DNA from: Malacoraja senta
Lineage: Eukaryota
Assembly (NCBI GenBank): GCA_038087875.1
Contig: JAXLNO010000655.1
Location: forward strand, 248,001 to 312,000
DNA: 64,000 bases
Direction of reading: 5' to 3'
In this document: piece after piece, positions 12,610 to 23,804 of the stretch
How positions within the stretch are numbered: the first letter of the stretch is position 1
Layout of the letters: each line of letters starts with the position of its first letter
Translations under genes and position numbers: made by a program
Notes under the pieces: generated by a model
Seen by the model: only the letters and a program-made list of their open reading frames with translations
Told to the model about the DNA's origin: nothing
Databases searched by the model: none

Positions 12610-13290
12610 TTCATGTTCATAAGTGCATGTCATATGAGCAGAAGTAGGCTATTTGGCCCATTCATTCATGGCTGATCTATCTTTCCCTCTCAATCCCATT
12701 TTCCTACCTTCTCCCCATAACCCCTGACACCCTTACTGATCAAGAATCTGTCAATCTCCACCTTACAAATATCCACTGACTTGGCCTACACAGTCGTCTA
12801 TGGCAATGAATTCCACAGATTCACCACCCTCTGACTAAAGAAATTCCTCTACATCTCCTTTCTAAACGATCGTCCCTTTACAGACAATAGACAATAGGTG
12901 CAGGAGTAGGCCATTCGGCCCTTCGAGCCAGCACTGTCTTTCACTGTGATCATGGCTGATCATCCGCATTCAGCAGCCCGTTCCTGCCTTCTCACCATAT
13001 CCCTTGACTCCGCTATCTTTAAGAGCTCTATCTAACGCTCTCTTGAAAGCATCCAGAGAACTGGCCTCCACTGCCTTGTGAGGCAGCAAATTTCACAGAC
13101 TCGCAACTCTCTGGGTGAAAAAGTTTTTCCTCATCTCCGTTCTAAATGGCCTACCCCTTATTCTTAAACTGTGGCCCCTGGTTCTGGACTCCCCCAACAT
13201 CGGGAACATGTTTCCTGCCTCTAGCCTGTCCAATCCCTTAATAATCTTATATGTTTCAATGATCCTCTCTCATCCTTCTAAATTCCAGAG
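12610..13290 (-). mobile_element. Two adjacent CR1 3' fragments
   Basis: Reverse-complement CR1 ORF2 end and UTR; second copy begins with a CAATAGA tail at about 12882. Confidence 0.8.
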
Positions 13291-13606
13291 TATTATGAGG
13301 CTTCTTTATTCTGAGGCTATGCCCAACGGCAGGTCTGATTTGCAGAATGTTTCTAGCCTCTGCAGTTATTGCTTTTTGATTTTCACTCTCTAATTGACCC
13401 CTCACTGATTGACAGTGACGTCCCCTTGGATCCTTGTATCTGTCCATTGTCATTCATTGGTTCAATGGCTCTTTATTGTCACATGTACCGAGGTACAGTG
13501 AAATTAATTGTTATATACAGTTCAGTACAAGTATCACTCTACATAAGCACATCTTAGATACCGTACGACTGTATAGGAATAGTTCACTCAGATAGTATAC
13601 AGAGTC

Positions 13607-13950
13607 TAGACACAAAAAGCTGGAGTAACTCAGTGGGACAGGCAGCGTCTCTGGAGAGAAGGAATGGGTGACGTTTCGGGTCGAGACCCTTCTTCAGACT
13701 GGTTAAGGATAAGGGAAAGGAGAGATACAGACGACGATCTAGAGAGATAAAGAACAATGAATGAAAGATATGCAAAAAAGTATCGATGATAAAGGAGACA
13801 GGCCATTGTTAGCTGTTTGTTGGGGGAAAACGAGAAGCTGGTGCGACTTGGGTGGGGGGAGGGATAGGGAGAGAGGGAATGCCGGGGCGACTAGAAGTTA
13901 GAGAAATCAATGTTCATACTACTGAATGTAAGCTGCCCAAGCGAAATATA
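13607..13950 (-). mobile_element. Penelope-like element 3' end
   Basis: Minus strand gives ..IFRLGSL..MNIDFSNF* like 49292-49483, followed by a UTR with a hammerhead core at 13670-13697. Confidence 0.75.
13670..13697 (-). ncRNA. Minimal type I hammerhead ribozyme core (Penelope-associated)
   Basis: Minus strand CTGAAGA-A-GGGTC-TC-GACCC-GAAAC-GTC. Confidence 0.65.
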
Positions 13951-14997
13951 CAGAGTCGCTAGGTTTGGTGCCATTTTCAAGTCTCAGTTGTTATAGGATT
14001 AGAGTTCTTAACCTTGTTGCCCGGGAGATGTTGCAGGGTTGGTCTGGCCAAGTGTAACCGTTGGTGCCCTCCCCTGCTTTGCCACCACTCTGTGCCGCTG
14101 CAGGCTGCATCCGATCCACAAGCCCCAAGGAGTAAGGTCCCAGCCTGACTTACTTTTCTCCATAGCTTGTGCACTCGAGTTCTGGCATTGTAGCATTATA
14201 TAGAAAAGACGGAACATGCTGTCAAACATGTGTAGTCATCGCCAATAGTGTGAAAGATATTCTGGCACCAACTGAAGCAGCAGGCGATCTTCATCTGCTT
14301 AGTAATCAGAGAAACACAGAAAAACACAGAGAAAAATAGGTGCAGGAATAGGCCATTCGGCCCTTCGAGCCAGCACCGCCATTCAATATGATCATGGCTG
14401 ATCATCTAAAATCAGTACCCCGCTCCTGCTTTTTCCCCATATCCCCTGATTCCTTTAGCCCTAAGAGCTAAATCTAACTCTCTCTTGAGGGATTCCACAG
14501 GTATTTCTGTACTGATGAACAGGTTCAGAATCGCAGCAAACAGACACAAAAGACAACATCACTACAGCCACCATCAGGTAAGTGTCAGTGAGTTTCATTG
14601 TCTGCATAGCTCATTACCACCTAGCCCACAGCCAACAGTGGACCACTTCCTTGATCGTCATTACTTTTTTGTATATCTTTTGTTCCTTTGTTCGTTATCT
14701 CACTATCTCACCGTCTATATCTCTCGTTTCCCTCTGCCCTGACCCACTGAGTTACTCCAGCTTTTTGTGTCAAATCTTTGGTGGGGCGAAGGGCCTGTTT
14801 CCATGCTGTATCTCTAAACTAAGCTAAGCTAAACTAAACTAAACAGGCATAGTCCCTCCCGATAATTGTTCTCATCCATTTATTGCAATCGGCTCCAGAA
14901 AATTCAGTTTTCCCCTGGTATGAGTATTGGTTTAATATGGCAACGCGTATCGAGCTACTACATCTGCAGATCCTCCCTACACATCTGCAGTGAAAAG

Positions 14998-15705
14998 TAA
15001 GTAAGTAAGTAAGTAAGTAAGTTTATTGGCCAAGTATTCACATACAAGGAATTTGCCTTGGTGCTCCGCCCATAAGTAACAACATGACATACAGTGACAG
15101 TTACGAATGACTCAGAAAACACTAAACATTAATAATAATAAAACATTAATGATAAAACACCATTGATCAAGCATGTGAACCAACAAAATACCAGATCAAA
15201 GGGAGGCTACAGATTTTTGGCTGTTGAGTAGAGCAACTACTCGTGGATAAAAACTGTTTTTATGTCTGGCTGTGGCAGCTTTGACAATCCGGAGTCGCCT
15301 TCCAGAGGGAAGTGATTCAAAGAGTTTGTGGCCAGGGTGAGAGGGGTCAGAGATGATCTTTTCCGCTCGCTTCCTAGCCCTTGCAGTGTACAGTTCATCA
15401 ATGGAGGGAAGGTTGCAGCCAATAACCTTCTCTGCTGATCGGACGATTCGCTGCAGCCTCCAGGTGTCGTGCTTGGTGGCTGAGCCAAACCAGACCATGA
15501 TGGAGAAGGTGAGAACAGACTCTACGATGGCCGTGTAGAATTGGACCATCATTGCCTGTGGCAGATTGTGCTTCCTCAGCTGCCGTAGGAAGTACATCCT
15601 CTGTTGTGTTTTTTTGACTGTGGAGTCGATGGTAGCCCCCGACTTAAGGTCCTTGGAGATGATGGTTCCCAGGAACTTAAAAGACTCCACAGATGTGACT
15701 GTGGA
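14998..15705 (-). mobile_element. Rex1/Babar LINE 3' fragment
   Basis: ORF 15196-15690 VESFKFLG..KKTQQRMYFLRQL..FY.AIVESVLT..WFG..HPGH.LF..LPSGRR; (TTAC)n tail; GAAAAG flanking repeat. Confidence 0.85.
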
Positions 15706-15769
15706 GAAAAGCCTTGTTTTGCTTGCTATCCAGACAAATCATAGCGTATATCAGTACCTAGATAGCTAG

Positions 15770-16290
15770 CAATTTCTACAGATGCACCATAGAAACATCT
15801 TAGCGGGTGAATCACAGCTTGGTTTGGCAATTGCTTTGCCCAAGACTGCAAGAAATTGCAGAAAGTTGTAGACACAAGTTTGTACATCACACTGACCAAC
15901 ACCCATTGACTCTATCTATACTTCATGCTGCCTTGGGGAAAGCAGCCCACATAATTAAGGATTACTCACACACATGCCAATCCCTTTTCTTCCCTCTCCT
16001 GTCGGGCAGAAGTTATAAGAGACTGAAAAAAAAGTACCACTATATTCAAGGATAGTTTCTTCCCTGCTGTTACCAGGCTCTCGAGTAGACCACTTATAAA
16101 CTGAGGATGAATTGTCAATCTCCCAATTTACCTCTTTGCTGTCCTTGCACTTTTTCTTTTATCCGCACCATCTCGGTAGCTGCAACACTATATTCGATAT
16201 GGTTTGTGTTCGTGCATAAAAGTTTTTACCTAGCTGGCACGCAAAATAAAAAAATTCTCTCTGTTTCTCAGGGTACGTGAAAATAATGAC
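15770..16290 (+). mobile_element. Degenerate Rex1/Babar 3' fragment
   Basis: ..KAAHIIKDYSH..LFFPLLSGRSYKRLK resembles the Rex1 ORF end. Confidence 0.6.
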
Positions 16291-16349
16291 CCACTATCAA
16301 TCAGGCAGACGGTGCAAAAGAGAAAATAAACAGAGTGCGGAATATAGTG

Positions 16350-16560
16350 TGTAGGACGGAACTATAGATGCAGCTTTACACTGAAGATAGACACAAAGTG
16401 CTGGAATAACACAGCGAGTCAGGCAGCATCTCAGGAGAAAAGGAATAGGTGACGTTTCGGGTCAAGACTAAAGAAGGGTCTCAACCTGAAACATCACCTA
16501 TTCCTTTTCTCTAGAGATGCTGCCTGACCCATTAACTTATTCCAGCATTTTGTATCCATC
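16350..16560. mobile_element. Penelope-derived fold-back mini-element
   Basis: Inverted arms GCTGGAATAAC..GGCAGCATCTC..ATAGGTGACGTTTCGGG / GAAGGGTCTCAACCTGAAACATCACCTAT..GATGCTGCC. Confidence 0.7.
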
Positions 16561-17215
16561 TGCAGAATATAGTGTTACAGCTACAGAGGAAGTGCGGGCC
16601 AATAAAAGTGCAAGGGCCGCAAAAAGGTAGTTTGGAAGATAGGGAATTTATCACTAGCATATGAGAGGTCCAGTAACTTGACGTCAATAACTTTTGAATC
16701 AAAGGATTACTATCGCCTTGCAAGTTCCTTACTTGTGCCTCACTATGCATTGACAAGCTTCAGTTTCAGTTTCAGTTTAGTTTATTGTCTATTGTCTATT
16801 GTACAGTGAAAAGCTTTGTTAGAATCATAGTTATACAGTGATACAGTGTGGAAACAGGCTCTTCAGCCCAACTTGCCCACACCAGACAACATGTCCCAGC
16901 TACACTAGTCCCACCTGCCTGTGTTAGGTCCATATCAGGGCTGCCAACTCTCATGCGTTGACCGTGGGAATCATGCATTTCGCCAAATTCTCACGCTCTC
17001 ATGCTGATCACAGATTTCTCACGCTCTGTTGTGAGAAATTCTGTGATCAACCGAAATTTCAAAACTCATATCAACTGCTTGGGCCGGGGCTGAGGAAGTG
17101 ATGGAAGCAGAAGCAGCGGCGGAGACAGATGTAGACGGGGAGCCGGGGCCGGCGAGTGGTTGCCGGGCTGGCGGGTGTATGACGGGCTGGCGAGTCGCTC
17201 GCTGCAGCTCCGGAC

Positions 17216-17371
17216 ATGGAGCAGCTTCAGTGCAAGAGTCCCGGGCAGTCGAAGGCATCGGAAGTGTTGTGCCGCTGCCGTGAGAGTCTCTGTGCCGAAT
17301 TCACCCAGGTGACCGGCGTGGATCAGGCTGCGGCTCGGTGCATCCTGGAGGACAACCAGTGGCTGCTGCAA
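17216..17371 (+). pseudogene. TDP2: Captured first exon encoding a UBA-like domain, most similar to the TDP2 N-terminus; orphan with no downstream exons
   Basis: RESLCAEFTQVTGVDQAAARCILEDNQWLLQ matches recalled TDP2 RRLLCVEFASVASCDAAVAQCFLAENDWEME (LCxEF..D.A.A.C.L..N.W); ends at a phase-0 donor CAA|GTAAGT; CpG-rich; NSFL1C/p47 UBA is the alternative. Confidence 0.65.
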
Positions 17372-17421
17372 GTAAGTATCAAGCACTGGGTAGAAACGGT
17401 GGAAGACAGTGGCCTTCAAAT

Positions 17422-18293
17422 TAGATTAGATTAGATTAGATTAGATTTTATTCTTGTCATTTGAACCTCAAAGAGGCTCAAACGAAACTCCGTTTCCACA
17501 GCCATACAAACAAAACAATTCCTACACGACACACAAACAATTCAATTTACAGAAAAACATCCATCACAGTGAATCTCCTCCTCACTGTAATGGAAGGTAA
17601 AGTCTTTTCTCTCCCCTGCACCATTTTTCTCCCAATGTTGAAGCCCCAGGCGGGCAATGTTAAGTCCCACGGCCGTTGAGGCCGCTCCGGGCGGTGTACG
17701 GCCTCGCTCCGGGCCCAAAAGTCACAAAGTTGGAGCCCCCGGCGGGCGCTGGAATGTCCCGCGGCCATTAAAGCCGCGCCGGGCGATTTACGGCCCCGCT
17801 CCGGGTCGTTCCAACCCCGCGACACGGACGGGAGAAGTTGCGTTGCGGGAGCTCCGGAAAGCGGTCTCTCACCCGGACCCGCGAGCTCCCGATATCACTG
17901 TCCACCAGTCTGCAGCTGCAGCTGGAGCTCCGTAGTCCGGCCACAGCAGCGAGCCACCACCGCTCCTCACGCTCCGAGTACGGCCAGCCCCACGATGGTA
18001 AGTCCGCAGCTCCACAGGCTCCGCGACTGGAGCCCCCAGGTCGTCCCGGTCGGAGGCCGCTCCACGGAGCTAGGCCCCAACGACAACGGAGACCCGACAG
18101 GGAAAAAGTCGGGTCTCCCGTACAGGGAAGAGATTTTTTTACGTTTCCCCCTCCCCCCACCCCCGCCCCCCACATATACACGGTTAAAAACAGTATTTAA
18201 AAACCCACAAACAACTACATTTAACAAGACAAAAATAAAAAAAAGACAAACGGACTGCAGTCGAGCCGCTGCCGTTAGGCGCCGCCTCCCCCA
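17422..18293 (-). mobile_element. CpG-rich non-autonomous retroelement (longest copy), inserted in the captured intron
   Basis: (TCTAA)n tail and AATAAA on the minus strand; CAAAT duplication at 17417-17421 and 18294-18298; no recognisable coding domain. Confidence 0.65.
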
Positions 18294-18351
18294 CAAATGG
18301 GGGTCGTTGGAGAAAGCATCCTGCTTGCCTGCTAGATTTTCACTTACTGTA

Positions 18352-18995
18352 ACTGCAGGAAAAATGTTCCCGATGTTGGGGGAGTTCAGAACCAGGGGTT
18401 ACAGTTTAAGAATAAAGGGTAGGCCAGTTAAGACTGAGATGAGGACAAAATTTCTTCACGCAGAGAGTTGTGAATCTGTGGAATTCTCTGCCACAGAAGG
18501 CAGTGGAGGCCAATTCACTGGATGTTTTCAAGAGAGAGTTACATTTAGCTCTTGGGGCTAGCGAAATCAAGGGATATGGGGAAAAAACAGGAAAGAGGGA
18601 CTGATTTTAGATGAACAGCCATGATCATATTGAATAGCAATGCTGGCTCGAAGGGCCGATGGCCTATTCCTGCACCTATTTTCTATGTTTCTATGCTTGA
18701 GTATATGGCAATAAAACTCGACCACTTGATTTTGAAGCATTCATGCATGGTGGAGGTATAATGTAGTCATAGAGTGGTACAGTGTGAAAATAGGCCCTTC
18801 GGCCCAACTTGCCCACACCCGCCAACATGTCCCAGCTACACTACCTGCTTTTGGTCCATATCCCTCCAAACCTGTCCTATTCATGTATCAGTCTAACTGT
18901 TTCTTAAATGTTGGGATAGTCCCTGCCTCAACTACCTCCTCTGACAACTTGTTCCGTACACCCACCACCCTTTGTCTGGAAAAATTTACCCCTTA
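18352..18995. mobile_element. Two CR1 3' fragments (+ 18352-18697, - 18765-18995) inside the hAT element
   Basis: AGKMFPMLGEFRTRG.. and reverse-complement CR1 3' UTR. Confidence 0.8.
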
Positions 18996-21239
18996 AAAAG
19001 TTACCTCTTAAAAATACTTCAAACAAAAAACATTGAAATCATACTTCTACAATGCACTAAAACATGATTTTTATACATTAAATTTCAAAAAGTCCCAACC
19101 ATTGGAGGGGGGACACCCCCCCTCCCACACCCTCCCCCCACTCGGTTGCTCCACTCCCTTGCCGGATATCCCCAAGCCCAATGTTCAGTGATCGCTCAGC
19201 CTCCCCACTTTCAAAAATGCTCCGTGGCCCCTGGTTCAGACGGAGAGCATTGCCAGATGTGAGTGGGGAACTGAGGCCAGTTGTCCGTGATGTCTGGATC
19301 CCAATGCTCAGCGCTTCGTGTTTCGGAGTTGGCTAATGTTATTGATTTGTAATTAGCCTGATTTGTAATTAGTTGACAAATCCTTAATTTATTAATCTGG
19401 AATATCCAGGGGGATGGGATAAGTGTAATATTAAAATGACATGCAAGGTGTCAGGCTGTCTGTCACAACATACAGCCCCAATAACCCATTATTTCCTTCA
19501 GTTAAATATTGGGAAGGTAGCACTATTGTCATTTGCCACTCAACTATTATGTTTGGTTACCTCACTGACTATTTCTAACCCCCCCCCCCCCAAATTCCTT
19601 TGACAGGTTGAGTAGAAATGTCCCCAATCTCGTTTTATTAATTGAACATGTAGATGAACATCTTCAAGGAGTGTAATCAGATGGAAACTGATTCAGATGC
19701 GATGTTTAAGAGCTTGTTCAAAGAAGGGGCATATTTTAAAGGAGTGAAAAGATACTTGCAGGGGAATGTGTGAGGAGGTTATTATTTGTCTTTAGTTTTA
19801 GCATGAACCAGGACATCTGAAGATTCAAAGTTTAATATAGTAATTGTGCTGATACTGACTCCAACCAACCACGTAAGGAATATCATTCAATCCGGAGATT
19901 TTATGCCATTTAAAATTCACTTGGATTTCAATCACTTCAATGTAAAAGTAATTGGGAATGGGGAGCATTGGAACAAAAATTGCCCTCGGTACATATTAAG
20001 TGTAATATAATAATGGATGCCTGTTGGTAGGTGCAATCAAAACAAAGATCTTTTTATCTTTGCCACAAGAATACCACAGAAAATATTATGTACTCTCAAG
20101 AACACATTTAATAGAATAATGTTGCTTAACTATATAGCTATTGGACTTTGCATTTTGGAAAAGTCCCAGCTGAGAGGAAGACAGCAAAATACTGAAAATA
20201 TTGGGGGTGAAAATTACTTCAGGACAGTTTGTTAGGAAAATGAAAGAAATGGTAACAGAATAATTATACAGCTGAGTGAGTATAATGTTATGGATGAGAA
20301 ATTGTGTTCAACCAATTGATGACTTATTTGACAAAGTAACTAGCATGTTAGATAACAAGGAAGCCAATGGATGTAGCAAATTTTGTTATGCAAAATTTGG
20401 TCTGTGAAGTGCCCCACAAAAGATTACCGCATTAGATAAGCACCTGCGGACTTGAACGTAATAGATTAAGTCCAGGGGGTCAGATATAGGACTTTATGTG
20501 TGGGCCAGATATATTGTCAGTGCAGAGGGGCTAGGAGAAAGGTCTGGAATAGTACTAGATGTGCAGTCAAAGCTGGGACAATGGAAGTGTTCAGCACTGG
20601 GAACCTAAGCAGGTGAGCAGCTATGGTCGGGGTAGAATAGGGGGCCAAGTGTAAGGCTGGACTCAGGGTCAGGAATAAAAGAAGTTATGCAACTGGAGTC
20701 AGGGTCAGGAGTAGTACCAGGTGTGCAGTGAGACCCAGGTTGTTCAACATGGACCAAGTGTTTGATTATAATCTGATTTCCATACATGAATATATTAAGA
20801 TCATTCATGTGCTGCACCTGTTGATCAGAGCCTGGCTCTACTGTGGAATGTAATTAGGAATGTAATTTAGCCTAACCTTATTCATAGCTAATCCAATTTA
20901 AAGCATAAATATTACATTCAAGTATAAGTTACAAGACTCGCTACAGTATGCACCAGATTGCACAATTTCAATCTGAAAAATGCAAAAGCTCCATATCAAT
21001 GGGGCTTTTGCCCCTCCCACACCCTCCCCACCTCCCCCCCTCGGCCGCTACGCTTCCTTGGGCTTCGTCTCTTGCAAATTCTCACTCCCAACTCTCACCC
21101 AATGTTGGCAACCCTGTCCATATCCCTCCAAACCTGTCCAATTCGTGTACCTGGCTAACTGTTTCTTAAATGTTGGGATAGTCCCTGCCTCAACTCCTCT
21201 GGCAGATTGTTCCATACACCCACCACCCTTTGTGTGAAG

Positions 21240-21668
21240 GATGCTTTTGTACCATGCTAACCAGTCAGAAAAAAGACAATACGTGATTACCATTGATCCA
21301 TTTACAGTGTAAAGACACATGATAAAGGAATTACATTTAGTTCAAAGTAAAGCCAGCAAAGTCCGATCAAGGATATCCAAGGGTCACCAAAGATGTAGAT
21401 AGTAGTTCAACACTGCTCTCTGGTTGTAGTAGGATGGTTCAGTTGCCTGATAACAGCTGGGAAGAAATTGTCCCCGAATCTGGTGGTGTGCGTTTTCACA
21501 CTTCTATACCTTTTGCCTGATGGGAGAGGGGAGAAGAGGGAGTGGTCAGGGTGGGACTCGTCCCGATTATGTTGCTGGCCTTGCCGAGGCAGCGTGAGTT
21601 ATAAATGGAGTCAATAGAAGGGAGGTTAGTTTGTGTGATGGTCTGGGCTGCATCCACAATTCGCTGCA
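21240..21668 (-). mobile_element. Rex1/Babar 3' fragment
   Basis: Minus strand ..LPSIDSIY..RCLGKASNII..HPDHSLFSPLPSGKRYRS plus 3' UTR. Confidence 0.75.
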
Positions 21669-22196
21669 AGCCCACTCAATTATGCTATTTATGCTTTAAG
21701 CTCCTGTTCTTGACAAAGCCTTTAATCCCATTTCAAAGGCATGGCTCTGGTAGTTGTGATTTAGAAATTTGAGTGCTGGAAATGATGACAGTTTGTAAGT
21801 CTACAGTCTTAAACATAATTTAGGTTAAGGCAGTACAGCACTAGGTTTATTGAATGTGGGGGAATTGATGCTGAATTCAGGTGACACAGTGTTTATAGAG
21901 CAGCTGCCTCACAGTGCCAGAGACCCAGGTTTGATCCTGACTCTGGTCGTTGTGTGTGGGGAGTTTGCACGTTCTCCCTGTGAACGTGTGGGGGGTTTAA
22001 ACCGCGTGCTCCGGTTTCTGCCCACATTGACACATCACAGCCTCCGTATATTGCACCCAGTGTGGAGAAAGTGGATGAGTTTAGTTTAGTTTAGATTAGT
22101 GGTACGGAGTGGAAACAGACCCTTCGACCCACCGATTCCACACCAACCAGAGATCACTGATGCACTAGTGATATCCTGCATACTAAGGACAATTTA

Positions 22197-22618
22197 TAGA
22201 CAATAGACAATAGGTGCAGGAGTAGGCCATTCGGCCGTTCGAGCCAGCATCGCCATTCAATGTGATCATGGCTGATCATCCCCAATCAGTACCTTGTTCC
22301 TGCCTTCTCCCCATAACCCCGACTCGTTATCTTTAAGAGTCCTATCTAGCTCTCTCATGAAAGTATCCAGAGAACCGGCCTCCACCGCCCTCTGAGGCAG
22401 AGAATTCCACAGAGTCACAACTCTCTGTGAGAAAAAGTGTTTCCTCGTCTCTGTTCTAAATGGCTTACTCCTTATTCTTAAACTGTGGCCCAAGGTTCTG
22501 GACTCCCCCAACATCAGGAACATGTTTCCTGCCTGTAGCGTGTCCAAACCCTTAATAATCTTATATGTTTCAATAAGATTCCCTCACATCCTTCTAAACT
22601 CCAGAGTATAGAAGCCAA
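22197..22618 (-). mobile_element. CR1 3' fragment
   Basis: ORF 22266-22547 AGNMF.MLGESRT.GHSLRIR..FFSQRVV.LWNSLP; CAATAGA tail. Confidence 0.85.
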
Positions 22619-23295
22619 GTAACGTATAACCCTGCACGCCTTTGGAACGGGGAAGGAAACCGGAGCGTCCGGAGAAAACCCACGCGGTCACAGGGAGAAC
22701 GTACAATCTCTGAACAGGCAGCACCCGTAGTCAGAATCTCTGGTCTCTGTAAGGCAGCAACTCTACCGCAATAACATAGAACTAGTGTGAAAAGGTGATC
22801 GCTGGTTGGCACAGACTTGGTGGGCCAAAGGGCCTGTTTTTCTGCTGTATTTCTAAACAAAAGCAAACTGTCTCCATGCTCATGCATCCAAAATTACAGG
22901 ATGCAATGGACTATCTGAAGAGAGTCTGAAGCCCGGTGATGAAATAATATGGATATCATTGTGTATTCTGACGGATGATTACTCCACCTGACTGCTCGTG
23001 TACATTCTTGTAAGCTCCTAGGAAAATTATCAAACATTTCTGACGTTGCTTAAACCCGTTATTATCTTCATTCATTATTCAGAGCGAGTATAAATAAGTT
23101 ACGCTTTGCAGAGGGAGAGACAGTAAGTGCAATAGTTCTGGGAATAGCCCCTGGCAAACTCTCTCAAGATCTATACTGTTGGTTTTTTACGTCTCAGGCC
23201 TGGCACTGAGTCGCAGCAAAGCTTTGTAAATAACAGAGAGCGAGAGGGTCTTTCAAGTGACTTTTGCTTAGCTGCGGGGATTTTTCTAAAGGCCC

Positions 23296-23309
23296 GTTGC
23301 CCTGGCAAC
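23296..23309. promoter_or_regulatory. RFX X-box-like palindrome in non-repetitive sequence
   Basis: GTTGCCCTGGCAAC, one base from the GTTGCCATGGCAAC consensus. Confidence 0.4.
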
Positions 23310-23804
23310 CTGCTCTCAGAAGACTTGAATCTGATGTTCTCATCTGTTGCTATACACGTTTCACTGTCTCGTTTTATTTACCACTTTACAAAAAAAAATA
23401 CCTGCCCGATAAAACAATTTATTAAATTTCTAAATATAGCGTCTGGGCTCAGTGACTTTCGATAGCACGTGACAAGTATTTAAGCATTTGGATCTGATCG
23501 TTGCAGAGACCTTTATTGTGCATGTCAGCCTGAAGAAATATCTAATTTAGTTTAATAAGAGTAATGTTCTTAAAATCAATTGAACAAGGCACAATTATAC
23601 CTTTTAAGGTTAATCTGGAGATATCTTTGAAGGAAGAAATTATTTACTTGGAGATGGAATTCAGGGAAAAAAATATTCTGCGGGATGGTATAGATCATAA
23701 TGATCATAATCATATTTATTAGCCAAGTATGTTTTGCAACATATGAGGAAGTTGGTTTGCCATACAGTCATAACAAAAAAGCAACAAGGCACACAACTAC
23801 ATAA

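Larger units (their letters stand above)
16936..21116. mobile_element. Non-autonomous hAT-type DNA transposon carrying captured genomic DNA (Pack-hAT candidate)
   Basis: 13-bp TIR CAGGG(C/T)TGCCAAC at 16936-16948 and 21104-21116; TSD TCCATAT (16929-16935 and 21117-21123; 8 bp if a shared terminal base is counted); CTCA(C/T)GC subterminal repeats; the flanks rejoin into one continuous CR1 3' end; no transposase. Confidence 0.8.

Noticed and set aside
17547..18561. CpG-island promoter or GC-rich ORFs of a host gene
   Set aside because: Part of a repeated retroelement with tail and target duplication; homologous copies occur elsewhere in the window.
19595..19700. Possible TDP2 exon 2 after CCTTTGACAG
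   Set aside because: Translations stop early and do not resemble the expected continuation.
22930..22997. Box C/D snoRNA-like pattern (GTGATGA..CTGA..ATGATT..CTGA)
   Set aside because: Only about 56 nt between boxes, weak terminal stem and no rRNA/snRNA guide that I recognise; snoscan would settle it.
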